From Lama guanicoe (Eukaryota), in contig MU054204.1 of assembly GCA_013239625.1 (NCBI GenBank), forward strand, positions 334,879 to 398,878: a stretch of 64,000 nucleotides of DNA, in the 5' to 3' direction. Position numbers and translations under genes: made by a program. The notes under the pieces were generated by a model. It saw only the letters and a program-made list of their open reading frames with translations. It searched no databases and was not told the origin of the DNA. Positions 1 through 11,413 of the stretch are shown piece by piece (position 1 is the first letter of the stretch; every line of letters begins with the position of its first letter).

Positions 1-283
1 ATCTTATGGTTACTGGGGAAAGTGGGTGGGAAGCGATAAATTTGGGAGTTTGAGATTTGCAAATTTTAGCCACTATTTAAAATTTTAGCCAGATTTAAAA
101 AACAAGTTTCTTCTGTATAGCACAGGAACTATATTCAATATCTTCTAATAACCTTTAATGAAAAAGAATATGAAAACAAATATATGTATGTATGTGCATA
201 ACTGGGACATTGTGCTGTATACCAGAAATTGACACATTGTAACTGACTGTACTTCAATTAAAAAATAAATAAATAAAAAATAA
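1..283 (+). mobile_element. Young camelid/artiodactyl L1 3' UTR with A-rich tail (starts before the window)
   Basis: Shares ctgtatagcacagg...aaaaagaatatgaaaa...acattgtaactgactgtacttcaattaaaaaa with copies at 8425-8870 and 30417-31106. Confidence 0.85.
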
Positions 284-315
284 AATTCAGATGACTGGAC
301 TCTACTCTCAGAGTT

Positions 316-696
316 GTTTTTTTTTTTTGGTGGGGGAAGTGTGGGAGGCAATTAGGTTTATTTTTATTTTTTTAATTCTTATTTTTTATTGAAGTGTATT
401 CAATTTACAATATTAATTTCAGGTGTACAGCAAAGCAATTCAGTTATATATACACATACATATTTTTTTCAGATTCTTTTCCATTACAGCTCGTTACAAG
501 AAATTGAATATAGTTCCCTGTGCTAAACAGTAGATCTTTGTTGTTTATCTATTTTATATATAGTAATGTGTACCTATTGATCTCAAATTCCTAATCTATC
601 CCACCTCCTCTTTTTTTAAGGGAGATACTGGGGATTGAACCTAGGACCTCATGCATGCTAGCCATGTTCTCTACCATGGAGCTCTACCCTCCACCC
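316..696 (-). mobile_element. tRNA-Ala-derived camelid SINE with an L1 3' fragment (~375-610) inside its tail, inserted in a MER5-type element
   Basis: tRNA-like body at ~620-696. Perfect 14-bp TSD ctactctcagagtt at 302-315 and 697-710. Confidence 0.85.
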
Positions 697-2129
697 CTAC
701 TCTCAGAGTTTCTGATTCAAAAGGTTTGGAGTGGGGTCCTAGAATTCATTTCTAGCAAGTTCCCAGGTGATGCCAATGCTGATTTATAGAACAAACTTTG
801 AGAACTGTTGTTTAGGGGGAAAATGCAGAAATTTGGAAGCAAAGAACTAGGATTCAAGCTTTGTGTTATTTACTTCACCTCCAAGCTTGAGTTTCTTCTT
901 TTCTAACGCAGAGTTTGTAAGGTTGTTATAAGGGTTAAATGGAATAGTGTCAGTGAGATTTCTTTGTGAATTGGACATATGTATACAAATGTTAGCAGTT
1001 AAGTGGCTTCGCAAATAGTACTTGCTGCCACCACCTCCCACCAGATTTTCCTGTGCTTTGACCCCTCTCCACCCAACTTTGTCCTACCAAGTCCATCAGG
1101 CACCTAGATAGAAACTAAAGCCAAGAAGGACCTGAATAATAATTTTTTTTAGCCTATTGGACATGGCCTTGTTGCTGATCTTGATTTGACCCCTCTTTTC
1201 CTCTGTCCAATGTGTTCTCAACTTGATCCTTATTCTTTAAGCCCTGGCCACCTTGCACAGCCAAGAATAGCATCTCGTGCTGATAACAGGGGTAAAGAAC
1301 TTTCAGGTGGAACCTTTTTTAATTAGTAGAATAAACAGAGGAATCCACTGCTAAGCAGGAAAGCATTTGTTGGGGAAACCATTTTGCCAGGTTGGTGGGC
1401 TCTAGGCTGATTTCCCTGAGGGCAAAATCCAGATGTTTGAAAAAGTTAAGTGGATTCCTAAGTATAATTGCAGATTCTGAATATAGGAATGTGTCAGCTG
1501 TATTAGACAGTTGCCAGGGTAAATGGTAGGTCTACGTAGAATGGTCTTTTTCTTTGAGACCCTTTTCTCATCCCAAAGTAATATATGTGTAATGTAGAAA
1601 ATTTTGAAATTTTGTATAAGTATAAGAAAATCAAAATGACCCTTAGTTCTGCCAGACAGAGATAACTACTTAGTGGTAAGATATTAGGATATTTTCACTC
1701 AGCCTTTAAAAAAAAATTAGCCACTAAGAAATGTTTTACTTGAAAAGGAATAAGAAAGTCAAAAGCACCCATAACCATATCACTTTAAAATTACATAAAG
1801 TACAAAGGAAAAGTCCCCCTTCTGTCCCTATAATGCCAGCTTCCAAAATAATGTCGGTGGAAACTTCCCTGAATTTCCTTAGCTTGTACAGATGAAGAGA
1901 TGATTATAATACAGTGTTACAATTTGTGTGTCCAGTGCTTGGCATGATGCTTTCCACTGAGGGAGCCACATGTCATCTTGTCTTTTAATATGTGAGTGCT
2001 TGTAAATGAATATATGTATATGGATATATTTTTTTTGCATTGGGCTGTACCATGTATAGGTTTGTGTTTTGTTTTTTCGCTTACCATTATATTGTGAGCC
2101 TTTTCCAGGATCATTAAGCAGCCTTCAAA

Positions 2130-2234
2130 ACTTTTTTTTTACTTTTTTATTGACGTATAGTTGATTTATAATGTTTTAGGTATACAGCAAAGTGATTCAG
2201 AAAAATATCATATGTATGTATATGTGTGTGTGTG

Positions 2235-2287
<53 letters not shown>

Positions 2288-2545
2288 CTGAATCACTGAA
2301 TCACATAACTGAATCACACATATTCTTTTTCAGATTCTTTTCCATTATGGGTTATTACAGGATATTAAATATAGTTCCCTGTGCTACACTCCATCACCCC
2401 CCACCATATTTTCCTTTCCCCCATCCATTTTTACATAGTAGTATGTATCTGTTAATCCTAAATTCCTAGTTTATCCCTCCCCCTGTCCTTTCCCCTTTGG
2501 TAACCGTAAGTTTGTTTTCTATGACAGTGAGTCTATTTCTATTTT
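2130..2545 (-). mobile_element. Young L1 3' UTR fragment with expanded (TA)n
   Basis: Antisense copy of the same L1 3' end, with a T-rich tail at ~2130. Confidence 0.8.
2241..2286. repeat. (TA)n microsatellite
   Basis: About 23 perfect TA units. Confidence 0.95.
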
Positions 2546-2805
2546 TACTTATATGTCTATTTATGTATTTGAGGGTTAATTAGGTTTATTTATTTAAATT
2601 TTTTAATGGAGGAGTTTTAATGGCAGACTATTATTCCTTCACCTAACTTCCTAAATGTTGAACGGTTGGGATGTTCCTAATTTTACCTTATAAATAATCC
2701 TGCTGTGGATGATACTTCATGTTCATAAATCAATGTTTGCATCTCTAATTGTTCTCTTAGGATAGAATCCTCAGAATGGAAAGACTGGATCAAAGGGTAG
2801 GAAAT

Positions 2806-2919
2806 TTTTTTTAAATATGTAACTCACTTCCCATAAAATTCATTACTTTCCAGTGTGAAATTCTGTGTTTTTTAGTATATTTACAAGGTTGTACAACCAT
2901 CACCACTGTCTAATTCCAG
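2806..2919 (-). mobile_element. Old L1 (L1M-type) extreme 3' end fused to U6
   Basis: Reverse complement contains tggtgatggttgtacaaccttgtaaatatactaaaaaacacagaatt...ttttatgggaagtgagttacatatttaaaaaaa, similar to the L1M 3' ends at ~6960-7060 and ~60130-60230. Confidence 0.8.
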
Positions 2920-3027
2920 AAAAAAATATGGAATGCTTCACAAATTCGCATGTCATCCTTGTTCAAGGGCCATGCTAATCTTTTCTGTATCATTCCAATT
3001 TTAGTATATGTCAGCTAAAGCAAGCAC
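2920..3027 (-). pseudogene. Full-length U6 snRNA retropseudogene (5' half of a U6/L1 chimera)
   Basis: Reverse complement reads GTGCTTGCTTTAGCTGACATATACTAAAATTGGAATGATACAGAAAAGATTAGCATGGCCCTTGAACAAGGATGACATGCGAATTTGTGAAGCATTCCATATTTTT, which is U6 with many CpG-type substitutions. The ACAGAGA box is mutated to ACAGAAA. Confidence 0.95.
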
Positions 3028-4194
3028 AGTAGGAACATTTTTATGTCTCTTGATAACATATGGCAAATCTCCCTCTGGCAAATGTGTCTCCAGATCCATT
3101 CCCATCCAGCAATGTAGAAGAAGAAGAATGCCTATTTCCCTGCAACTTTGCTGACACTTAGTTTGAATATATATATAGCCAATATCATTGAAAATGGCAT
3201 TGTTTTACCTTTTTGATTAGCTCTTCTGCCTCTCTAGCTGTTATGCAAAGATATGTCACCACCCTCTTTCCTTTGCATGCATTTACCATGGGCAGTCACA
3301 CCCACTGTGACAGCCTCGGATGCCTCCTTTCTGTGGGTCATAACCACATGTCTGGACCCCACACTAACCTTTCTCAGACTGTAGCCCAGATGTCAGGTAG
3401 CTTACTGAGCATGACTATCTACATAATTTGACAGCATAACAAACACGCTCATGCCTAAAACCAAACTCATGTCTCCTGAAGCCAGCTCATGCTCTCAGCT
3501 TCCTTGTCTAGATTAGTGATACCACTTTTCTCCCAGGTGTCTCATGGCCACCTTCACTCCTCTCTCTCCTCCATATTGAATTAGTAGCCCAAGTTTCTTG
3601 ATTCTGTCTCTCATATCCTTTCTCACATCCTTCCCTTCTGCTCCATTCTCATGGTCATTGCTCTAGTTCTACCTTTTACTGTGTCTATCACGCACTGGCC
3701 TACTCACGTCACTATGATTTCAGTACTTATCCACATGATTCATCCTACATGTGGCTATGAGAATAACCTTCCTAACATGCTGCTTTCACCATGTTTCTCT
3801 CCTGTCCTGGAACCTCCAAAGCCTCTCTCTTTGCCTATGGGATTATATAAAGTAAATGCTTTATCCTGGCACTTAAGGCCCATCACGTTCTTCCATCATT
3901 CTAATTTTACTGCTTGTGTGCCTTACACAAAACCATGTTCTTCTCTCAGCATATTCCTGCTTTTCCCTGTCTTCTTTATGCAAACCCTGGCATGACCTCT
4001 TCCCTAGTCTCCTCCAGTTTAAAATTGTACTGAGTCTTCAAAAATCAGAGGTTCTGTCAGGTCTTCCTGCATTCAACGAGTGGTGCTTTCTCCCTTTTTC
4101 CCCCCGTGGACTATCTGGTTTTAGACACCAATTTTATAATATTTTCAACAAAAAATTAAGGAAGCTTGCTTAATAATGTTTTTATTACATGAGT

Positions 4195-4273
4195 GTTTTT
4201 TAATTTGTTTAAATTGAAATATAGTTGATTTACAATATTGTGTTAGTTTCAGGTGTACAGCAAAGTGATTCAG

Positions 4274-4305
<32 letters not shown>

Positions 4306-4395
4306 CCTACCTATATCTTTTTGGTTCTTTTCCGTTATAGGTTATACAAGATATTGAATATAGTTTCCTGCACTATACAGTAAATCTTTGTTATT
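4195..4395 (-). mobile_element. Young L1 3' UTR fragment with (TCTA)n at ~4277-4315
   Basis: attgaaatatagttgatttacaatattgtgttagtttcaggtgtacagcaaagtgattcag matches the other antisense copies. Confidence 0.8.
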
Positions 4396-6570
4396 CTCCT
4401 TTTTAAAAAAAACTCTCATTTTGTTAGCTTTTCCTTTATGATAAGACATTCTGCCCTGTTTAGTTACTTAGGGATTTTTATTTACCCCCCTACCACATTA
4501 TAAATTTTTTGAGCACAGGGATTATACCTTTTTCGTTTTGACGTATTCCATAGTACCTCTCCAAGCACCTGAAATGTAGATAAGAGTTCCATAAATGCTT
4601 GAATAAAAGACTGGTAAAGACTGCCAACTTTTTTTTTAAAGAGCTACTAATGACTCAGTTTCGGGAATAAATTCTGTGCTAGGAAGGTCCAGATGCCAGA
4701 TGACCCAAATGTCATGGCTAATTCTCTTTTTCCTTCACTCTCCACATGCAATCCATCAACCAATGTTGTCAGCTCTAGCTCTTTAAGAAATCTCTAATAA
4801 ACCCTCTTTTCTTGACCTCTGTTGCTTCCTCCCTCGAACAAACCACCATTGTCTCTTACCTATAAGGGACTTTTTAACTGGTTCCCTGGGTTCTATTCTT
4901 GTCCTGCCTAAATGCATCAGCCAAGTGAGATCTTTTTAAAACTTAGATCATGATAGTCCCCTGCTTAACAACCCCCAGTAGCTTCCCACTGCACTGAGAA
5001 TAAAATACAGACTTCTTACGTTGGCCTTTGAAAGCCCCATGGTCTGACCTTGGCACTTCCCCAACCTCATGTCCCACTACTATCCACATTGCTCACTGGG
5101 CTCCAGATCTCTGAGCACTGGCCCTTCCTCATTGTCATGTTAGCTCAAATCAGAGCAAGTAGGTTCTCTTGGTTCTCTTGGGGTCATCACTGTTGTTGCC
5201 TGTTGTTCCTTGCGCTGTATGTCTTTAGTAGTGGAGATGACTCAGATAGTGGCCACAAGCAATTCTAAGGCATTTGAAACTTGACTTGGGGGAAACCTTG
5301 TGTGGATTCAATCCTTATCCAAAAAATTGGTGTCTCCAATACTGAGTTGGAGCTGAAGAAGGTATTTGGCTTAAAGGGAGAAGAAACAAAATCTTTCATT
5401 ATACCTGGAACCTCCTTCCCAAATACTACTGTTAAAAACCAGAGCTGGAAACATCCTCCACCTTCTTTATCACTCTGGGTGTTGGTTTAGGAAATTGAGC
5501 ATCATGGCAGAAGCTGACTCAATAGATGGTGTTCTGTGAGCCTATTGTCATTTTCCCTGTATGCTCCTCTGAAGTCTCCCTCAGCCCTCTGGGGTTGCAC
5601 CCTTAGCTTTTGTATACACAGGGAAGACAGATCCTTGACTTGCTCCCCTTGCTTCTAGAAGCTATGAAATATGCCCCACCCACCTCCTTGTCTTTGGGAT
5701 CATTGACAGTATATGATAGGTATGTTTTTATCAGACTGTATGTAGAAAAACGAGAATGTGCTTCCCAGTCCACTCTGAAAGAGACTTCCAAGTACTGTGT
5801 TTCTAAACCACTAAGCATTTTTCTAGCCCCTAATATTTGCACATCTCTCCTCTGTCATTCATGTGGTTGGCTCCTTCCAACCTTCTTTAGAAAAAGAGGT
5901 GTCCTTGTGTTTTAAAGAGTCCAATGTGGAAAAAAATGGAGAAATGAAAGCAGAAGGTCAATTGTAAAGGTCCTAACCAGATGAAGGTATCACTTCTGAC
6001 TTGGAAAGCCAAAAGGCACCCACTGACACCCATCACAGCATTTGAGGGAGTCTTCACTTTTGCCCCAACATGCCCTTCCATTCTTATTTACTACCCTGGG
6101 TTTCCTTTTAGCCAGGAATGATCCTGAGCTGGAGGGTGGAGAGGGGGATCCAGCAAATTTACATGAAAGAACTTGACCTGGCTTTTCAGAGGGGTGAGGG
6201 GAGATAGAGGAAGTGGGAAAGGTTGGGAGGCAGAACTAGGTACCAAAATCTCTTTCTACATGAAGTACCTGTCTCTCAGATGACCCAAATTGTAATTCTC
6301 CAATGGACAAGAAAGGCATTGTCCTAAAAGTTCTCTTTAAAATGATAGAAACAACACAAATGTCCATCAACTGGTAAATAGATAAGTAAATTGTAGTATA
6401 CAGAATGGAATATTATTCAGCAATAAAAAATGAAGTACTGATGCATGATACTACACTGGTGAACCTTGAAAACATGATGCTAAATGAAAGAATCCAAAAA
6501 CAAACAAAAAAATCACATATTATATGATTCCACTGAAATGAAATGGTCAGAATAAATAAGTCCATAGAGA

Positions 6571-6692
6571 GGGAGGGTATAGCTCAGGTGTAGAGCATAT
6601 GCTTAGAATGCACAAAGTCCTGGGTTCAATCCAATCCCAGTACCTCTGTTAAACAAAAATTTTTAAAAATAAACTTAAAATTTTTTAAAAGC
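6571..6692 (+). mobile_element. tRNA-Ala-derived SINE
   Basis: gggagggtatagctcag...cccagtacctc plus A-rich tail. TSD aagtccatagaga at 6558-6570 and 6693-6705. Confidence 0.9.
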
Positions 6693-6723
6693 AAGTCCAT
6701 AGAGACAGAAAGTAGATTAGTGG

Positions 6724-6839
6724 GAGAGGGTATGCTCAGTGGTAGAATGTATGCTTAGCATGCACAAGGTCCTGGGTTCAATCCTCAGTACCTCCATTAC
6801 AAAAGAAAATCTTTTAAAAAATAAATAAACCTAAAAACT
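6724..6839 (+). mobile_element. tRNA-Ala-derived SINE
   Basis: Body plus tail flanked by a 37-bp direct repeat at 6687-6723 and 6840-6876. Confidence 0.9.
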
Positions 6840-7080
6840 AAAAGCAAGTCCATAGAGACAGCAAATAGATTAGTGGTCACCAAGAACTAGAGATAGGGAT
6901 GGGGGAGATGAAGGGATGGGGTTTCTTTGTGGTATGATAAAAATATTCTAGTTGATTATGGTGATGATTGCATAATTCTGTGAATATACTAAAAAAAACA
7001 TTTAACTGTAAACTTTAAGTGGGTGAGTTTTTTATGGTGTGTGAATTATGTCTCAATAAAGCTGTCTTATAAATATTTTG

Positions 7081-7212
7081 TTTTTATTTTTGGGGGGAGG
7101 TAATTAGAAATTTATTTATTTGTTTATTTATTTTCATGGAAGAACTAGGGATTGAACCCAGAACCTTGTGCATGTTAAGCATGTGCTCTACCACTGAGCT
7201 ATACCCTCCCCC
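7081..7212 (-). mobile_element. tRNA-Ala-derived SINE
   Basis: gggattgaacccagaaccttgtgcatgttaagcatgtgctctaccactgagctataccctccccc with the family tail ggggggaggtaattag. Confidence 0.9.
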
Positions 7213-7251
7213 TGAAAGCTGTTTTTTAAATAAATAAATAAAATTATACAG

Positions 7252-7254
<3 letters not shown>

Positions 7255-7290
<36 letters not shown>

Positions 7291-7345
7291 TATATACACA
7301 AATACACACATACATACCCATACCCATACACATACACACAAATAC
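7255..7345. repeat. (CA)n microsatellite decaying into a CA/TA-rich repeat
   Basis: Read directly from the sequence. Confidence 0.9.
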
Positions 7346-8424
7346 ATACACATACACATACATGTTCCCCCTTGGTTGGGTATGTATAAGGAAGGGTCTC
7401 TGGATCCCCAGGCTGCAGGGTCCCCCAGCTAACAGTGGGGTGTGAGGAGACCTTCATAGCTCTGTATCCCTCTTGCAACCAAGCAGCTTTTGCCTTCTTC
7501 TGTCAGATAAACAAGCCAGGCATTGTTCTGTCCACCGGCCTGTGTGCAGGCTTCCCTTCCTGCTGAGCGGGTCAGAAAGAGCTTGGATTCCTTCATGTGG
7601 GGCAGGTGGAATATACTGTCTAGGGGGAGGCTGGCCAAGCCACAGAAAGTAAACAGAGCTAATCAAGGACACTCTTTTGTGCTTCTCCTTATCTAAACAC
7701 TTCCAGAAGAGGAAAGAGCCTGCAGTTGGTTATGGCCCAGACCTCAGGCTAAGCACGACCCCAAGCAACAGGGGCCATATTTTACTTCTGGCCCTGGGTT
7801 GGGACAGAGCCATTGTTCATTTTCTGCTCGTCCCCTACCTTCCCCCCAACAAGTAGTCCTTGAGGGATCTGTTTGGAGCCAGGTTCAGAGACAAGTAGTA
7901 CTGTCAGAAGATATTGGGGTGACAGCCCACTAGAGTAGCTGGAGATTGACTCCTTCTAGAATTGGTCCACCTCCCTCCCCACACCTCTCACAAGGGTCTT
8001 TACAAGGACTCTTCTGGGAGCCAGCTTCTGACTGATCTGCCACCTCTGCCACATTGTACCCACCCTCCTTGCACCCATGCCAAGTTCCTATCCTCTGAGT
8101 GTTTGGAAAAGAAGCAGTCATCTTTACCTTCCCCTGAACATTGAAGGTAACACTTGCTCATGTTGTCCAGAACTCACCTCTGCTAAGTAAGAAGGTGCTC
8201 CCTATACCCCCCCCCACCTCATCTCCCAGCCTCTTTCCCGAATCCCAACTGGCCAAACTGCTCACATTGCTCTTATCATCCTCTGCCCAAGGATTTCCTG
8301 AGTGTACGCTGTCTGTGTCCACCTGCCCATCAGATCACCTCATCTGGTGACCACCCAGCTTCACACTCCCATCCTGCCTCCCTACCTCAGCCAGTCCCAT
8401 GAATACCTCTAGTCAAGACTTCCA

Positions 8425-8870
8425 GAAAGAGAAAGAAAAATACCATATGATATCACTTATATGTGGAATCTAAAAAAAGGACACAGATGACTTATTTATA
8501 GAACAGAGACAGACTCACAGACATAGAAAACAAACTTATGGTTACTTGTGGGGGAAAGGGATGGGGAGGGGTAAATTGGGAGTTCTGGATTTGCAGATAC
8601 TAACTCCTGTATATAAAGGAGATAAACAGCAGTGTTCTACTGTGTAGCACAGGGAACTCTACTCAATACCTTGTAATAGCCTACAATGAAAAAGAATATG
8701 AAAAGGAATATATATATACACATATATATATGTATATATATGTATGTGTGTATATACATATAAAAATATATAAAAAATAAAAAATATATAAATAATCTGA
8801 ATCACTATGCTGTACACCAGAAATTAACACAATGTTGTAAATCGGCTATACTTCAATTAAAAAAAAAAAA
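8425..8870 (+). mobile_element. 5'-truncated young L1 (ORF2 end plus 3' UTR plus polyA)
   Basis: cagaaagagaaagaaaaataccatatgatatcacttatatgtggaatctaa (QKEKEKYHMISLICGI*), then the 3' UTR and A12. Short flanking repeat acttcc. Confidence 0.9.
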
Positions 8871-9387
8871 CTTCCTCAGCCTCATCTGGCTACTGACAGG
8901 GCCAGACTGCTATCAAACTTATTATTCTTCATTTTCTTAGGAAGTGGGGGTCTATTAGCCTCCTCAGGGAAGCATTTTTATGGGCTGGGTTACTGAGTGG
9001 AAGGAGGGAGGCAAGAAGATTTGGGAAGGCTGGGTCCCCAGGCCCAAGCAATACCATGTGAATTGACTGTTTATCCTGATGCTTTTTGAGACCAGGGGTT
9101 ATTCCCTAGTGTACTGCAAACACTAAAGGTATCGTATGCCCTAGTGTATTGGCAGAGTGTGATTATCACACCAGCACCATCACCATCACTCTAGAGCTTG
9201 TTAGAAAGTCAGAATCTGGAGCCCACTCTAGACTTACTGAATCAGAATCAGATTTGAGATGGCCAGGTGATTAGTATGGCTATTGAAGTTTGAGAAGTAC
9301 TGCTCTAGAGAACTAGGCTTGGCTTTTGAACCTTCTCTTAGTCCTTTCACATTCATCTTATTTGGCTTGAAGAAGTTCTTTCTCTTT

Positions 9388-9493
9388 CTTCCTTCCTTCC
9401 TTCCTTTCTTTTTTAATGGAGGTACTGGGGATTGAACCCAGGACCTCATGCATGTTAAGCAGGCCCTCTACCACTGAGCTATACCCTCCCCCC
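9388..9493 (-). mobile_element. tRNA-Ala-derived SINE with (TTCC)n tail
   Basis: Body 9418-9493, flanked by ttctttctctt on both sides. Confidence 0.9.
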
Positions 9494-11307
9494 AAGGAAT
9501 TCTTTCTCTTGGCAGTCCTAGTGCCTTGCCCATTCTTATGGGGTAGAGGATAATGTTCATAACGGATATTATTTATCGAACGCCTATTGAATTCCAGGCA
9601 TGTGCTGCAGATGAGGAAATGGAGGCTCCGTGACAGGCCCAAGGCCAAACAACTAGTAAGTGGTAAAGCTGATACTCCAAGACAGATCCGCATGCCCGCC
9701 ATATCCCCAAACTTCCCCCTCACAGTACTTCTAACTGCCAAAGGAGGGCCTGTAGGCTTACCTGGATGGCACCTGCCTCTTCTGGAATAAAAAAAAGTCG
9801 ACCCAGACCTCCCTAGGAGGCACAGAGGGAAGAGAGGGGAAGGGGCCTCCTGGCATGCTTTCCCCAGAGAGGAAAGGCCCTAGCATACTTCTTGTCCTGA
9901 GGAAGCAAACTCAGGCACCAGAAATGGCTAGAAATGGGACCAGCCACCAAGGCCAACCGGACTGGGGATCCAGGAGTATTATGAAGGGTAAACCCCAACT
10001 CTGAATCCCCAAGAGAATTTCAATTCTGATACCCGAGCTTGGGCTCAGGATGTGCGACATACTCTCGTGGGGCTGCTCTGGGGTGTGGCTGTGGCGTGGG
10101 TCAGTGAGGACAGCTGGCGGACCCCTGGCCAGAGGCCTGCAACCATGACATTAGAACATACCATCGCTGGAAGGGTTGTTTGTGACAGTGGACTTGAATG
10201 TTTTATTTTGCAAAGAGGAAACAGAAGCCCAGAGAAGGAGAGTACATCACCAGAGGTCAGAGCAAATTCATTGCAGAGGCAGGGACACTGACCCTAGGCA
10301 GCACTGTTCTGGAGTTGGGGTCTCTGGTGTGAAATTGAGTGTTCTCTGGGTCTGCTCAGGTGCCAGTAGGACATTCCGACCCTGCCAATACGGCCCAGAA
10401 TGGTTTGTAAGTCTTTATATCTCAGCAGGACATTCATCTTGGGCGATCTCTAGGTCACTTGCCCCCGGCTATGTAAAACCAGCTTGTCTTGCTACTTGCT
10501 TTTCTGGAACTGGAGGCTGCTAGGCTGGGCTGATCTGGGCTTTCCTTTTCTGGGGCCTAGGGGACCCGCGGGGATGGCTGGGTGGGGTCATCTCAGTCCA
10601 GGAAGCACAGGAATTCTTTTAAGTGTATGTGTCTGAGGTATTTTTCTCTCTCACTTACGTGTATTTTTAAAAATTCTTTTTAGACACCCGCTTTATCTTT
10701 CCCAAACATCATTTCCTTGCTCCTTTCCTGAGTTCTAGCAGTGGCTGGGGGCCCAGCTTCCTTATTGGCTTCTGAGCTGGGGAAGGGGGCGGGTCAGGGC
10801 CCAGAGGAGGCTGGAGTAGGGAACAGGGGGGCTGTTTATGCGGCTGAAACTGCCTTTCATCCTTCCCTTTGCCACCAGGGTGCTGGCTGGTTTCTGGAGC
10901 AGCGTCTTCATTCCTAACCAGCCCTTGACCCTGGCTTTAATTCCCTAGGACTGTGGCCTCATCTGGGCACAACCAGGCTCATGGCCACACCTTGCCTTCA
11001 GTGCTACTCCTTTCTGTTCTTGGAACTGGGACCTGATTGTGCCTGAGCCCCTTGGAGCCCACTCAGGGGCTTGGGCTGATGGCCTCTCCTCTGAAGAGGT
11101 CTTAAAGGAAGGCAGATGGGTCTCAGCTAAGGGAGGATCCAGCCCACAGAACGAAGCCCTGGGGGCTGGCTGGAGGGTTTGTTGATGAGCAGCTGAGCTG
11201 GCTGGATACCCAGCTCTCTCCTAAGCCATCTCCCCAACCCGGGCAACTTCCATGGTAGGTACTATGGTAGCCATGGCCATCATGGCTGCTGCCCCACTTC
11301 CCCCTTC

Positions 11308-11413
11308 TGCTTGCTTGCTTGCTTGCTTGCTTGCTTTAATGGAGGTATTAGGGATAGAACCCAGGACCCTGTGCATGCTAAGCAGGCACTCTACCACTGA
11401 GCTATACCCACCC
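11308..11413 (-). mobile_element. tRNA-Ala-derived SINE with (TGCT)n tail
   Basis: Body 11340-11413. Confidence 0.9.

Larger units (their letters stand above)
6345..7062 (+). mobile_element. Old L1MB-like 3' end interrupted by two SINEs
   Basis: aaatgtccatcaactgg...gaaccttgaaaacatgatgctaaatgaaag...gaattatgtctcaataaa, homologous to 59810-60230. Confidence 0.8.

Noticed and set aside
2920..3027. Functional U6 snRNA gene
   Set aside because: Mutated ACAGAGA box, CpG decay, fusion to an L1 tail, a TSD, and no recognisable U6 promoter upstream.
6558..6876. CRISPR-like repeat-spacer array
   Set aside because: This is mammalian DNA. The repeats are target-site duplications and the spacers are homologous SINEs.
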